From IMG/VR virus record IMGVR_UViG_2630968567_000005: a DNA stretch of 64,000 nucleotides. One strand, given 5' to 3'. The translations under genes were made by a program, and so were the position numbers. The stretch's first letter is position 1; every line of letters begins with the position of its first letter. The DNA comes from an uncultured virus (IMG/VR IMGVR_UViG_2630968567_000005). Lineage: Duplodnaviria; Heunggongvirae; Uroviricota; Caudoviricetes. The notes beneath the pieces are model-generated. The model did no database searches. It was not told the DNA's origin and was given only the letters and a program-made list of their open reading frames with translations. Positions 9,371 to 19,071 of this stretch are shown here, one piece after another.

Positions 9371-12300
9371 TTACTTGCGGAGTAAGCCGTTTGGCCGCTG
9401 CTGGTCTTTAATGGTGTTAAGGCTGACTGTCTTCATCATTGCAGCCATTTTCTGCATTGTGGCGTCATCGATGCCGTTAGTCGTCTCGATGTGGAAATGA
9501 ATTTCCTGCTGAACAACTGTGCCAGCACCACCACTCCCACCCTGCATATCCTTATTGCTGATGACCTTGCCATTATCGCCGGGGATCATGTATTGCTTGC
9601 CGGTTCCCGCCTGGTATATCTCAGGTGCACCGCCCTCACCGACTCGATACATTTCGCCTGCTGATACAGGGCCTCCGTTTTTACGCGCGCCAGCCATGGC
9701 CAGTCCCTTAGACGCTGCTAGCGCTGTGCCATAAGCAGTGGTACCGACCGTAGAAGCTCCGCCCATTGTCGCGATGGAGGCGCTCACTGCCGCTGGTGCC
9801 CATGCCGCCGCTGCTGCGGTTGCCTGTGCTGCTGTTGCAGCAAGAGCAGTAGTAGCCGCCGCCTGCCCCATAATCATATTTTTGACCTGCTGCATACCCA
9901 TTTGGACTAATGCATTAACACCCTCTTGGATTATTGTTGCAGCAAGATTCTTCATAGCCTCTTCTGCTGACTGAGTACCCGTCAGAAGCCCAGTCAGCAT
10001 ATTGGTTGTGCGCTGACCTAAAGCATTAATGGAGCTCGCTAAATATTGGTTGGATTGGCTTTGGTTCCTCCATATTTCCCACTGAGCAGCTAGTCGAGCT
10101 TGTTCATACTGGGTATTGGCGGCATTGCGAAGAGCTAGTGCCTGCTGCTCAGTTAGCGTTTTATCCTCTTCAAATTTTTGAATCAGTGCTAACTTTTGAG
10201 CGTTTTCATTAGCCAACGCCTGCACCGGGTCAACTAATGCGGCATTTTGCTGTTGTGGCATTACTGCGCTGGCGGCTGATGCCTCGGCAATAGCTCTGGA
10301 GTAGTCAGCGGATATTTGAGCACGACGTTGCTGTGACTGTTCGAAAGATATATCACCTGCCGCGAGCTGTCGGTCTAACTGTGATAAATCCAACTTACGT
10401 TGCTGCTCGGCCTTGGCGACACTATCAGCATCGATCGCAGCCTTTTTATCAGCTATGCGTTGTTGAATATCAAATATCTGACCGGCTTGTTGTGTGGCCT
10501 GCTGGATCTGCTGCTGAGACGCGCCTGAACCTAAGTCCTGAACAGCAGCAAGTTGCGCGGCTTCACGATTGAGTCCTTTTGTCTTTAATTCAGCAACGGC
10601 CATTTCATTGCTTAAATCCTGCAATGATTTAACCCGGCGTTTCTCTGCTGCTTCGGCGGCGGTTTCTTCCTTCGTGGCTGCGGCAGTTTCCTTTTTCAGC
10701 GCAGCCTGTGCAACTTGCTTATCATAAGCGGCACCAGCCTGTTCGCGGCCAATTCTGACAGTATTGTCATCAGCATTAATAGCTCGAAGTTCTTGCTCTG
10801 TTTTTAGTTGTGCGCGCTTACGTAAGTCTGTTTCAGCAAGCAATTCATTTTGTTGGTATAGGTCATCTAAAACCTTTTGTGCTTTTGGGTCTCGTTGAAT
10901 GGATAAGCTAGTTGAGTTAAACCGCTCTTTGGCCCCACTAGCGACGTTAATTGCTTGTCCTAACTTATTCATCATTCCAGCGACAACGCCCGCTTCCTGA
11001 CCATCTCTTCTGAGGAGATCTATTCCTTCAAGCAAAGTTCCATTTAATGCAGCTCTGCCGATATTTACAGCGTTTTGTGTCTTATCTACTCTATTTTGTG
11101 CAATTGAAAGTTCATTGGCTGCAATCGCAAGCCTGTCTTGAGCACCAGTTAACGCCTCTGCCGCTTGTCGTCCCGTTGTCGTATTTAACCCGTAATCTTT
11201 TATTACTTTAGTGTAATTACTGACGCTATAAGCAGCGTTGTCATAGGCTTCTTGGGCCACTGCCAATGATTTATTTAATATTGGCATTGATGAATTGAGT
11301 TTTGCTATTTCAGCACCAAGCTGAACGTTACTCATCTCTTTCATTTTTCCGACTAAAGCAGATACTCCGTCAGCAAGTTCATTAGCCTCTTTCTTGGCTT
11401 CCTGTGCTTTTTGGTAGAAATAGAATATTGCCCCGGCCGCTAATGTAGCTGCTCCAACAGGACCACCGACTAACGACAAAGCACCACGCAACAAGCCACC
11501 AGATATAGATGCCGCAGAGGCCGCCGCAGACGCTTGCTTTTGAGCCAAGACGTTAGCAACAAGCGCCCGATTATAATTACCAGTAGCAGTTGCTGCCTCA
11601 AGGCGAGCAGCCGATAATCTCACTTCGGCTGCTGTCGAGTTTGCAGCATTGAATGCACTCGCCTTTTGCATCTGCGCGAGTGTTATCTCCTCAATTGCTC
11701 TGACTTTCGCTGACTGAGCCGCAATAAGGTTAGCTACTGACTGATTAGCTGCGGCCTGTGCTGCAAGATTGTCAGCCAAAGCAGCTTGACGCGCTGATGA
11801 TGCTTTTTGCACCTGAGCCGCCGATGCTAATGTGAGTGCAGCAACGTAGCGAGAACCGATTATTCCTGCAACAACACCAATAACAGTAGCGATCGATTCA
11901 AGGTTTTCACTGAGTGAAATAACTGATGAATTAAATACATTCAATGTTGTATTGACTGAAGATGATTCACCAACAAATTTAGTAATGTTATTAGAAGCAA
12001 CGGTAAATGCCTGCCCCATAGTGAGAACGGTATTGCCGAACTCTTTGGCGATCGCATCGCTTTGCTTCAGCAGTCCATTAACAACAACGTCGGTTGTTAA
12101 CTTACCTTCAGCCGCCATAGCGCGTAGCTGACCAACGGTAACGCCGAGTGAATCAGCCAAACCAACGGCCAACCGGCTGCCGTTCTCTGAAATAGAGTTA
12201 AACTCTTCCCCGCGCAGCACACCAGAAGCTAATGCTTGTGAAAGCTGGATCATGGTCGAACTGGCTTCTTCGGCCGTTGCGCCGGAAACTACCAACCCCT

Positions 12301-12739
12301 TGTTAATCGTGGTTGTTAATTTGGCTAGGTCTGCCGTACTGGTTCCCGCACTTCTCGTGGCCCTTTCTAATCGCCCGTATAACGTGGCGGTTGCCTCAAG
12401 ACCAGCGCGTGTATCCTGAGAAATATCAAATACACGATTAGTTACGGTGAATAAATCTTCATTAGCCCTTACTGCGTTAACCAACTTATTATTTACTGTT
12501 ACCCATGCATTTCCGTATTCGGCAACCTGCTGGACTGACAACGCGGTTGCTAATGAGGTTGCCACACGACTTAACGAAAACATGGACTTTTCAGCGCGTT
12601 CAACTGACTTTGCAGTTGAATCAAATTTCCCTTCCATCTGATCAAGACGACTATTTACCTGTTGCTGTGACGTGATCAGCTTGCCTAATTCCATGTCTAC
12701 CTGATAGACAATCCCGCCCACATCTTTTCCATCAGACAT
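9371..12739 (-). CDS. Tail tape measure protein
   Basis: 1122 aa, Ala-rich helical, 'QLSQALASGVLRGEEFNSI' motif. Confidence 0.95.
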   Translation of the reverse strand: MSDGKDVGGIVYQVDMELGKLITSQQQVNSRLDQMEGKFDSTAKSVERAEKSMFSLSRVATSLATALSVQQVAEYGNAWVTVNNKLVNAVRANEDLFTVTNRVFDISQDTRAGLEATATLYGRLERATRSAGTSTADLAKLTTTINKGLVVSGATAEEASSTMIQLSQALASGVLRGEEFNSISENGSRLAVGLADSLGVTVGQLRAMAAEGKLTTDVVVNGLLKQSDAIAKEFGNTVLTMGQAFTVASNNITKFVGESSSVNTTLNVFNSSVISLSENLESIATVIGVVAGIIGSRYVAALTLASAAQVQKASSARQAALADNLAAQAAANQSVANLIAAQSAKVRAIEEITLAQMQKASAFNAANSTAAEVRLSAARLEAATATGNYNRALVANVLAQKQASAAASAASISGGLLRGALSLVGGPVGAATLAAGAIFYFYQKAQEAKKEANELADGVSALVGKMKEMSNVQLGAEIAKLNSSMPILNKSLAVAQEAYDNAAYSVSNYTKVIKDYGLNTTTGRQAAEALTGAQDRLAIAANELSIAQNRVDKTQNAVNIGRAALNGTLLEGIDLLRRDGQEAGVVAGMMNKLGQAINVASGAKERFNSTSLSIQRDPKAQKVLDDLYQQNELLAETDLRKRAQLKTEQELRAINADDNTVRIGREQAGAAYDKQVAQAALKKETAAATKEETAAEAAEKRRVKSLQDLSNEMAVAELKTKGLNREAAQLAAVQDLGSGASQQQIQQATQQAGQIFDIQQRIADKKAAIDADSVAKAEQQRKLDLSQLDRQLAAGDISFEQSQQRRAQISADYSRAIAEASAASAVMPQQQNAALVDPVQALANENAQKLALIQKFEEDKTLTEQQALALRNAANTQYEQARLAAQWEIWRNQSQSNQYLASSINALGQRTTNMLTGLLTGTQSAEEAMKNLAATIIQEGVNALVQMGMQQVKNMIMGQAAATTALAATAAQATAAAAAWAPAAVSASIATMGGASTVGTTAYGTALAASKGLAMAGARKNGGPVSAGEMYRVGEGGAPEIYQAGTGKQYMIPGDNGKVISNKDMQGGSGGAGTVVQQEIHFHIETTNGIDDATMQKMAAMMKTVSLNTIKDQQRPNGLLRK

Positions 12740-13421
12740 TCTTCGCTAGCCTCGCCTTTTCTTGAGCAATTAAACGTTCCTGGAGGCGATCATCAGCATC
12801 CATGATTTCATCGTATTCTTCGCGGGTGAATCCTTTATCTTCTGGGTACTTAGCTTTGAGCAGCAACTGAAACTCGGTCATCGTTAACTGCTCGGCTTCA
12901 GCGCGGGACATGTTGAAATGAATTCTGGCTGAGTTGATATAATCCATTGCATTAAATTCGTTGCTGTAATCGTTGTTACCTTCATTCTTTTGTAGCTTTC
13001 TTATTTTGGCTTTGCCGATCACACCATGTTCAATTAATTCTCTCGCAATGGTAATCACTGTTTCTTTTGAAACTTTGCCAGGCCGGTAAACAATACAATT
13101 TCGCCACCCTTTAAACTCGCCTATAAGCGCCGATGCCGACTTATCACAACAAGCCTCGATAACTCTTATGGCCGCAGCCAACATATGCTCTGAGCATTTT
13201 TTGATTGCATTATTGGGCATTAATGATGCTGGCAGATTAGCGTTTATTGCAGGTGTTAATACCTGACTTAATTCAGAGCCACCCAGCAGCGCGTATATTT
13301 CGACTATCTCGGCCGCCGCCCCTATTTTTGTCATATTCCTTAGTGATGGACGAAAGAAATAATCTTGCTGTTGCTCCGTGTCAGACAGGAGCATTTCGCC
13401 AATATCAAGCATCGGTGTCAT
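12732..13421 (-). CDS. Putative tail assembly chaperone
   Basis: Directly upstream of the tape measure gene; 'SARIHFNMSRAEAEQLTMTEF' motif. Confidence 0.7.
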   Translation of the reverse strand: MTPMLDIGEMLLSDTEQQQDYFFRPSLRNMTKIGAAAEIVEIYALLGGSELSQVLTPAINANLPASLMPNNAIKKCSEHMLAAAIRVIEACCDKSASALIGEFKGWRNCIVYRPGKVSKETVITIARELIEHGVIGKAKIRKLQKNEGNNDYSNEFNAMDYINSARIHFNMSRAEAEQLTMTEFQLLLKAKYPEDKGFTREEYDEIMDADDRLQERLIAQEKARLAKNV

Positions 13422-13496
13422 GGGGTGTCCTGAAATTTAGGTAATAAAGAAACCCACAGTTAAGTGGGTTGGGTTTTGGTCGTAGGACTTAACTAA

Positions 13497-13574
13497 TTAA
13501 GCAACTTCAGCGCCGTGGATCAGGTGGCGCAGAGCTTCTACCACGTTAGCGTTGTAGCGGAACGCCTCAACTTG
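13497..13574 (-). pseudogene. C-terminal remnant of an antirepressor-like (Bro/Rha-type) gene
   Basis: Minus strand reads QVEAFRYNANVVEALRHLIHGAEVA* with no start codon. Confidence 0.5.
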
Positions 13575-13836
13575 CCCTGTCAGCTGGATCCAAGAGGCGA
13601 CAATAACTATCCAATTCACCGGTGTAATACCGACGCCGAAGGAGGTATTTCGTAATTCGTCAGGTGATTTTTATCGCTGCTCTTGTGAATTGATCGATGA
13701 TAATGGGAAAAGTTATACAACAAGTAATTATGGTTTTTGTAAGTTGCACTCACCACATAAAGAATTTAAGCGATTCACTGGTTAGGTAGAAAGAAAAATC
13801 CAATACGGATTCAACACAATAATAAGGGAAAAGAAT

Positions 13837-14022
13837 ATGGGCGAGTAGAACAAATCACTGTTTATAGTCATATGGATAATTACGTTCTTCCCATGCTACA
13901 GGATGGCAAGAAAAACTGGGTTTGGGTGGCCTATGGCTATCTTGTTGTCCATTCCCGTTATCCACTACATAACACTATACTTCTTCGCTTTCAGAAAGTG
14001 GCCGACTTTGCCTAACGCATAA
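13837..14022 (+). pseudogene. Small membrane-protein moron with an internal TAG at codon 4
   Basis: AAGGGA RBS, ATG GGC GAG TAG, then open hydrophobic frame NKSLFIVIWIITFFPCYRMARKTGFGWPMAILLSIPVIHYITLYFFAFRKWPTLPNA*. Confidence 0.6.
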
Positions 14023-14043
14023 CAGAAAGCCAGCCTGAGTGGG

Positions 14044-14277
14044 CTAATCAGTCTTTGTAGTTCTTTTCTTATAGACGCTTCTTATTATTCCTAACGCTGT
14101 AAATACAACCCCAAGAAAGATTAAGAGAGCACCATAACGAATGTGATTTTCCCTTGCGGCTATCAGAAAAATGTTATCTACGCACTGCTGATCAATCAGT
14201 ACGCAAGTGGACATGTTATACGCTATTATTGACCATACAACCCCTGCAATCAATGCACCCAAACCCCAAGTCGTCAT
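14044..14277 (-). CDS. Small two-TM membrane protein (moron)
   Basis: Hydrophobic segments; start moved to MTTWGL after a GGGA RBS. Confidence 0.6.
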   Translation of the reverse strand: MTTWGLGALIAGVVWSIIAYNMSTCVLIDQQCVDNIFLIAARENHIRYGALLIFLGVVFTALGIIRSVYKKRTTKTD

Positions 14278-14342
14278 ATCCCATCCTTTTATGGTCTTTC
14301 GACATTTTAAATAAGCAAAAACCCGCCGGAGCGGGCTTGAAG

Positions 14343-14693
14343 TCAACTACCGTTGCGTTTTTTCGCAATATATTCCCCAATATTATTGGTTAGACTTTCA
14401 CGAACTTTGACAATGGCTTGATCTCTTATGGTCGTTATAGCTTGCTTTTGATTATCGTCTAATTCTTCCCACTGAGATGCATCAGGGCCAATAGAATCAT
14501 GATATTTATTCAATTCATCATCACAATGCCGAAACGCCTTTGAGGAAATATCTGCGGTAGGGGCTGATGTGCCGGCTTGCGTATCTGCATAACTGAAAAT
14601 GCATTTGCTCAAGCTTTCAGCTGTTTTTTCTAAATCACTCGCATTCGCCCCAAAACAAACTAAAAACACTAAACTAATTATTCTTAAGTTCAT
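14343..14693 (-). CDS. Exported hypothetical protein (moron)
   Basis: Signal-peptide-like MNLRIISLVFLVCFGANA. Confidence 0.6.
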   Translation of the reverse strand: MNLRIISLVFLVCFGANASDLEKTAESLSKCIFSYADTQAGTSAPTADISSKAFRHCDDELNKYHDSIGPDASQWEELDDNQKQAITTIRDQAIVKVRESLTNNIGEYIAKKRNGS

Positions 14694-14756
14694 ATGCGCA
14701 TCCAATCGACAAAACCGCCAAAATCCTACCACGACATTTTCTATAGCTACAATTGC

Positions 14757-15058
14757 TATATAACAGAGAAAGGAATCGATTTCCTTCTAGATGATGGCGG
14801 GCTGAGTGCGATATTGAACGTTCAAACAGACTTACTCAAGACAGACACGACTTCGCAAAAGCGCTAAATCAAAAACCTATATTCGAAAAGCTCAAGCAAG
14901 AACTCACTGACGCCCCATTTGATTTAGTTAAAGACATTAGTAAAACGTGGCTAACCAAGCAAATAAAAGACAGGCTTGGCTTGATAGATTCAGATATAGC
15001 TGAAGCTAGAACACAAAGACTCGCACTCGACGGGTTGTTTAGCGCACGGACGCGTTAG
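14757..15058 (+). pseudogene. Mosaic of truncated moron gene fragments
   Basis: Startless frames ITEKGIDFLLDDGGLSAILNVQT and RLTQDRHDFAKALNQKPIFEKLKQEL... joined out of frame. Confidence 0.4.
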
Positions 15059-15102
15059 AAAGCAAAGCCCATTTCGGGTTTTGCTTGTGTAGGTACTATT
15101 AT

Positions 15103-15420
15103 TTACTCTTCAAGATACCTACCACTTATCTCATCCAATGCACAGGAAAGCATCTTAACTGCCCTGCATTGCCTGTCTTTCCCGGCACTTCTGTTGAATG
15201 GCGACTTACAAAACTGACTCATTTTCCCAGCCCAGTAAGCTTTAACTATTGAGGAGTCCACCAGCTTTATACATGCAGTATGTTCTTTCACGGAATAACT
15301 ACGAATACATGCTGCTTCTGATACCAGAGCTATCGCAGGTACTGGCATATTTTCATTTATCGGAGAGGAAACAGAAAACGCCGGACTTGATATAAGTAAG
15401 ATGCTTAGAAGTAATTTCAT
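15103..15420 (-). CDS. Exported Cys-containing hypothetical protein (moron)
   Basis: Signal peptide MKLLLSILLISSPAFS; AAGGA RBS. Confidence 0.65.
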   Translation of the reverse strand: MKLLLSILLISSPAFSVSSPINENMPVPAIALVSEAACIRSYSVKEHTACIKLVDSSIVKAYWAGKMSQFCKSPFNRSAGKDRQCRAVKMLSCALDEISGRYLEE

Positions 15421-15631
15421 GTTAATTCCTTGTGTAAAACATGTGAAATATAAAACTACCTCCTAATTAACTAAACTTCATATTAAGAATATTCCGTGCA
15501 AATATTACGATGTAAAAAAAAGTGTACGGTGAAGGAAACAAAAACCAACTGAGCGGTTGGTTTTTCAGTGTACGGACGCGCCAGAAAGCAAAAGACCCGC
15601 ATTCAACGGGTCTAATTTTGCATCTGCTGCC

Positions 15632-15979
15632 TTACTTCGGCTTCTTGTAGTTTATGGTGACTTCCATTCCACTGGTTGGCTTATTGGGTTCATACTTCCA
15701 TTTGTAGATAGAATCTAAGGCTGATTTCTCAAAGAGATTTCTCGGCTCAGCTTCAACCACCTTTGCATTCTCAACTTTTCCGGCAGCGTTAATATCATAA
15801 GCAATCTTCACATACCCTTCTTTATCGTGCACCCAGGCGCGGGAAGGATATATTTCAATATTTCGCTCAATTAACTGCGGGGCATTGTTATTTGAAACTA
15901 AATCATTCGCATTTGCTGTAATTTGAAAAAGAGACGAAAAGCACAATGCCAGAAGCCCAATCTTCATTTTATTTTTCAT
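15632..15979 (-). CDS. Secreted stand-alone TonB C-terminal domain protein (moron)
   Basis: 'YPSRAW...EGYVKIAYDINAAGKVENAKVVEAEPRNLFEKSALDSIYKWKYEP' matches the TonB_C pattern; N-terminal signal peptide. Confidence 0.85.
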   Translation of the reverse strand: MKNKMKIGLLALCFSSLFQITANANDLVSNNNAPQLIERNIEIYPSRAWVHDKEGYVKIAYDINAAGKVENAKVVEAEPRNLFEKSALDSIYKWKYEPNKPTSGMEVTINYKKPK

Positions 15980-16138
15980 GAATTTATCGCCTTTCTTATT
16001 TGTATAATTAACGATAGCAGTAATAAAGATAAGGGTATAATTGGTAATGCAGATCAATATCGCAATATTGATCGTTTAAAACGATCAACTTTTAAATAAT
16101 CATCATCAAGAGCACCAATAGGATGCTCTTTGTGAGAA

Positions 16139-16888
16139 TTATGCGGTGATAGTAATATTACTCGTTCCGGTTTTAGCGCCATCATTCGTTGTGAATGTGA
16201 TAGTCGCTGTACCGACTGCAACGCGGGTGACTAAACCCGTTGAGCTAACCGTTGCTTTGGTTGCGTCAGAGGTTGTCCATACACCAGTTTTATCAGTAGC
16301 GTCCGCAGGTAGAACGGTCGCGGTAAGCTGAACTGTTGCAGCGACCGCGCCAATACTGGTTGCCGGAGCCACAGTTACGCCGGCAACTGGAATCGCCGAG
16401 CCATCAACGAAAGTGACAGAATCTGCATCAGCAACTTTCCACTCACCGGAGTAAGTAGCGAAGTCAGAAGAACCGAAATCTGAACTCCATGAAGTGGTAT
16501 TGAAGTAACCCTGAATATAGGTGCCATCATCCACGCCGAGGAAATCAAAGCGAACCCATAGACCCGGCTGGCGGCCTGCCTGAACTTCATCGAAAATGTA
16601 TTTCGACATTTTTACCGGGCCGACTTCCGTAGACTTGGCTCGCTTCCGCCACTCGCCCTCACCTGAAATGGTCAAGTCCATGTTAGTGACCAGGTTCTCT
16701 ACCAGCCCTTTTGCGTCATCCGCATCGGAAGAAATGGTATTCATCGAGTAGTCGAGACCCTTGGTAGTCAGCGCACCCATGCGCTGCCAATCTGCCACTT
16801 CTGGTACTGTTTCAGGACAGCCAAACGCCATCCGTAAAACGGCGACGCGACCAACCAGCTTGCCGTAATCATTTTGGCAACCTTGCAT
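16139..16888 (-). CDS. Major tail tube protein with C-terminal Ig-like domain
   Basis: C-terminal 'VQLTATVLPADATDKTGVWTTSD..KATVSSTGLVT' Big_2 pattern. Confidence 0.88.
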   Translation of the reverse strand: MQGCQNDYGKLVGRVAVLRMAFGCPETVPEVADWQRMGALTTKGLDYSMNTISSDADDAKGLVENLVTNMDLTISGEGEWRKRAKSTEVGPVKMSKYIFDEVQAGRQPGLWVRFDFLGVDDGTYIQGYFNTTSWSSDFGSSDFATYSGEWKVADADSVTFVDGSAIPVAGVTVAPATSIGAVAATVQLTATVLPADATDKTGVWTTSDATKATVSSTGLVTRVAVGTATITFTTNDGAKTGTSNITITA

Positions 16889-16912
16889 ATTTTTTACCTC
16901 TGTTAGTTCGGC

Positions 16913-17296
16913 TTAGTCGCCGTATTTAATTGCGAATTGAAGTCTGTAGACCAAGCGGCCTTCAGTGGTTGTTACGGGGGATGGGATACTGCCGAGGTTT
17001 TCAATATAGCCAATGCAGTCATTCGGATTTGGATTGGCCTGAACGTGCGCGATTATTGCCTGTGCTGCATTATCCGCCGCTTCATCCTCGTTAACCGCGC
17101 CAATCACATCAACCAGGACGTAATACTCACTGCCAAGGTCGTTGCGAATTGAACTGCCGCCGTTGGGCCGAAAAACAATAAACTGCTCTGTCAGCTTGCC
17201 GGTATCACGCCATTTGAGCATTTGAGTAGCGAAAGCAGTAGTTAACCCAGACTCGACAAAGTAATCGCGAACACGCCGGTGCATTGATGGAGTCAT
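16913..17296 (-). CDS. Putative tail terminator protein
   Basis: Position between neck genes and tail tube; 'TTEGRLVYRL'. Confidence 0.7.
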   Translation of the reverse strand: MTPSMHRRVRDYFVESGLTTAFATQMLKWRDTGKLTEQFIVFRPNGGSSIRNDLGSEYYVLVDVIGAVNEDEAADNAAQAIIAHVQANPNPNDCIGYIENLGSIPSPVTTTEGRLVYRLQFAIKYGD

Positions 17297-17661
17297 AGCT
17301 TCATTTCCTCCATAATTGCCTTTTCAATGGCTTGTTTACTATCCGCGAAACCTTTCGTAAGAAACTCTTTCTCAGCCATTGGCCTACGGAATACCTGCTT
17401 AACATTCGGATCGTGGACATATATCGCGTAATTAGCCGAATAGCCCACGCGCCCAGTCAGCCTGGTGCCATTCGCGCTGATATCACGAAACTGAGAATTG
17501 ATAAGGGTTGATGTATCGATGGGGGTATAGAGTGCAGCCTGTGACGCTCCGATAATTAACGCCTTAGTCATCGCCCTGACAGCTTTCCGGCCTTGAATAT
17601 CATTAATCAGCCTATTCAGATTAGCTTTAGCCTCTCTGATGCCTTTAACCTTCGCGCCCAT
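17293..17661 (-). CDS. HK97 gp10-like neck protein
   Basis: 'TPIDTSTLINS', 'VGYSANYAIYVH'. Confidence 0.75.
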   Translation of the reverse strand: MGAKVKGIREAKANLNRLINDIQGRKAVRAMTKALIIGASQAALYTPIDTSTLINSQFRDISANGTRLTGRVGYSANYAIYVHDPNVKQVFRRPMAEKEFLTKGFADSKQAIEKAIMEEMKL

Positions 17662-17662
17662 G

Positions 17663-18013
17663 TCAGACTCCCGTGATAATTGCGAAGTCGTCCGCAATGC
17701 GCTCGAATGTGTCAGCGTAACGAATGATATGCCTTACTTCGTCCGCGCCATCCACCTTGGTCGGGTCAGTCGCTACCGAATCGCCAATCAGGATATAGTC
17801 GCCCCGCTCAGCTTCGGCATACTCAGTCCAGTGCGTGTTTTTGATAACGAACTCTAAACCGAGTCCACCCAACTTCGCCGTAGCATCACCGCCGTAATCA
17901 CACATGAGCTGAATAGGAGGTAGCCAAGCCTGCTTACCATAATCATCTGGCTTCCCGTTCTTCTTCCATAAAGTAGCGGTTGCCGTATAACTCCAGCTTG
18001 CGGCGCTGCTCAT
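17663..18013 (-). CDS. Putative head-closure / head-tail joining protein
   Basis: Position and size (116 aa). Confidence 0.6.
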   Translation of the reverse strand: MSSAASWSYTATATLWKKNGKPDDYGKQAWLPPIQLMCDYGGDATAKLGGLGLEFVIKNTHWTEYAEAERGDYILIGDSVATDPTKVDGADEVRHIIRYADTFERIADDFAIITGV

Positions 18014-18323
18014 AAGTGGTACCGCTCATACTGGTATGGTTCGCATTCTTTACAGCCAACGACTGTGAATCCTGACAGCTGTTTGTCATCACCATAAATT
18101 GCAGCAAGATATCCAGTGCCAGGCGCTGCCAATCCATTAAGTATCCCGACTGTGCCCACTGTTAAAACTCCTTGAGAGCCCCGACCTAACATAATCGGAC
18201 AGTCTGATGATGCCATGACTTCATTAACAATGACTCGGCTGGAAATAATGGACTCAACAGCTACTGGGTCAGACTTGAACATCATATTCATCAAGTCAGC
18301 GAGTTTTTTGCTTCAATCATCAT
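18010..18323 (-). pseudogene. Hypothetical gene with a -1 frameshift near its 5' end (A6 run); homologous to the P2 ORF at 56274-56663
   Basis: ATG at 18323 is coupled to the upstream TGA; ATG ATG ATT GAA GCA AAA AAC TCG CTG ACT TGA, while the -1 frame continues into the 94-aa ORF. Confidence 0.6.
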
Positions 18324-18694
18324 CAGCCTCCCACCACATCAAAAAAACCAACCGATACGCCCACATCAATCGGTAGCGAACCTGTGCAACCAGCCGTATC
18401 TAGCGCCACCAAGCTATTTCGCATTGTCTTGATATCACCACCATAATCGAATGACCGCCCCGCCCCTGAAGGCGCTGACTGAGACTTAATGCGCTGATTG
18501 AAAGCAGTAACCGCCATGAGGGTGACGGCATACATCTGAATCAGCATCAAATCACATTCGTCGTAGCCAGCCGCCTCCAGGCACTGACTTATGCTTTCCA
18601 GTTTGCAAAGGTAGGCATCAATCATGAAATCAGGAATGGTGTAACCAAGCGCAGACAACTGCTGTTTAACCTGCGCGGCTGTTATCTGCGCCAT
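18323..18694 (-). CDS. Putative head-tail adaptor
   Basis: 'IKSQSAPSGAGRSFDY...LDTAGC' motif; position. Confidence 0.7.
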   Translation of the reverse strand: MAQITAAQVKQQLSALGYTIPDFMIDAYLCKLESISQCLEAAGYDECDLMLIQMYAVTLMAVTAFNQRIKSQSAPSGAGRSFDYGGDIKTMRNSLVALDTAGCTGSLPIDVGVSVGFFDVVGG

Positions 18695-18696
18695 AC

Positions 18697-19062
18697 TTAC
18701 TTATCCTTTTTCGTTGCCGCAGCTAAAGCTGCTTCTGCGTCTTCTGCTCGCTTGGTTACCTGAGCGATAGCCTCAGCGTGTGCTGCTTCTGCGTCTTCGG
18801 ATGCCGTGGTGAGTTCATCGATTCGGCCCAATGCCTCATCAAGCTGGACTTGCAGCACGCTTCCATTGCTAACTGACACGGACGGCGTAGCCACTTCAAA
18901 TACCAGCTTCTCGCCTTTCTTCTCTGTAGACTTCTCAGCCTTGCCACTTTCAATCCACTTCCCGGCAATCGCATCATCAACTTCGTAAGACTGGCCAACC
19001 TCCAATTTCTGGAAGCTGGCACCGGCGAAAAGGTTTGCTACTAAAACTTTTACAAGTGCCAT
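18697..19062 (-). CDS. Hypothetical head-associated protein
   Basis: Follows the major capsid gene; coiled-coil C-terminus. Confidence 0.55.
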   Translation of the reverse strand: MALVKVLVANLFAGASFQKLEVGQSYEVDDAIAGKWIESGKAEKSTEKKGEKLVFEVATPSVSVSNGSVLQVQLDEALGRIDELTTASEDAEAAHAEAIAQVTKRAEDAEAALAAATKKDK

Positions 19063-19071
19063 GATTTTTCC

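Noticed and set aside
12732..13421. G/GT-type programmed frameshift in the tail chaperone
   Set aside because: A single continuous ORF already runs into the tape measure start
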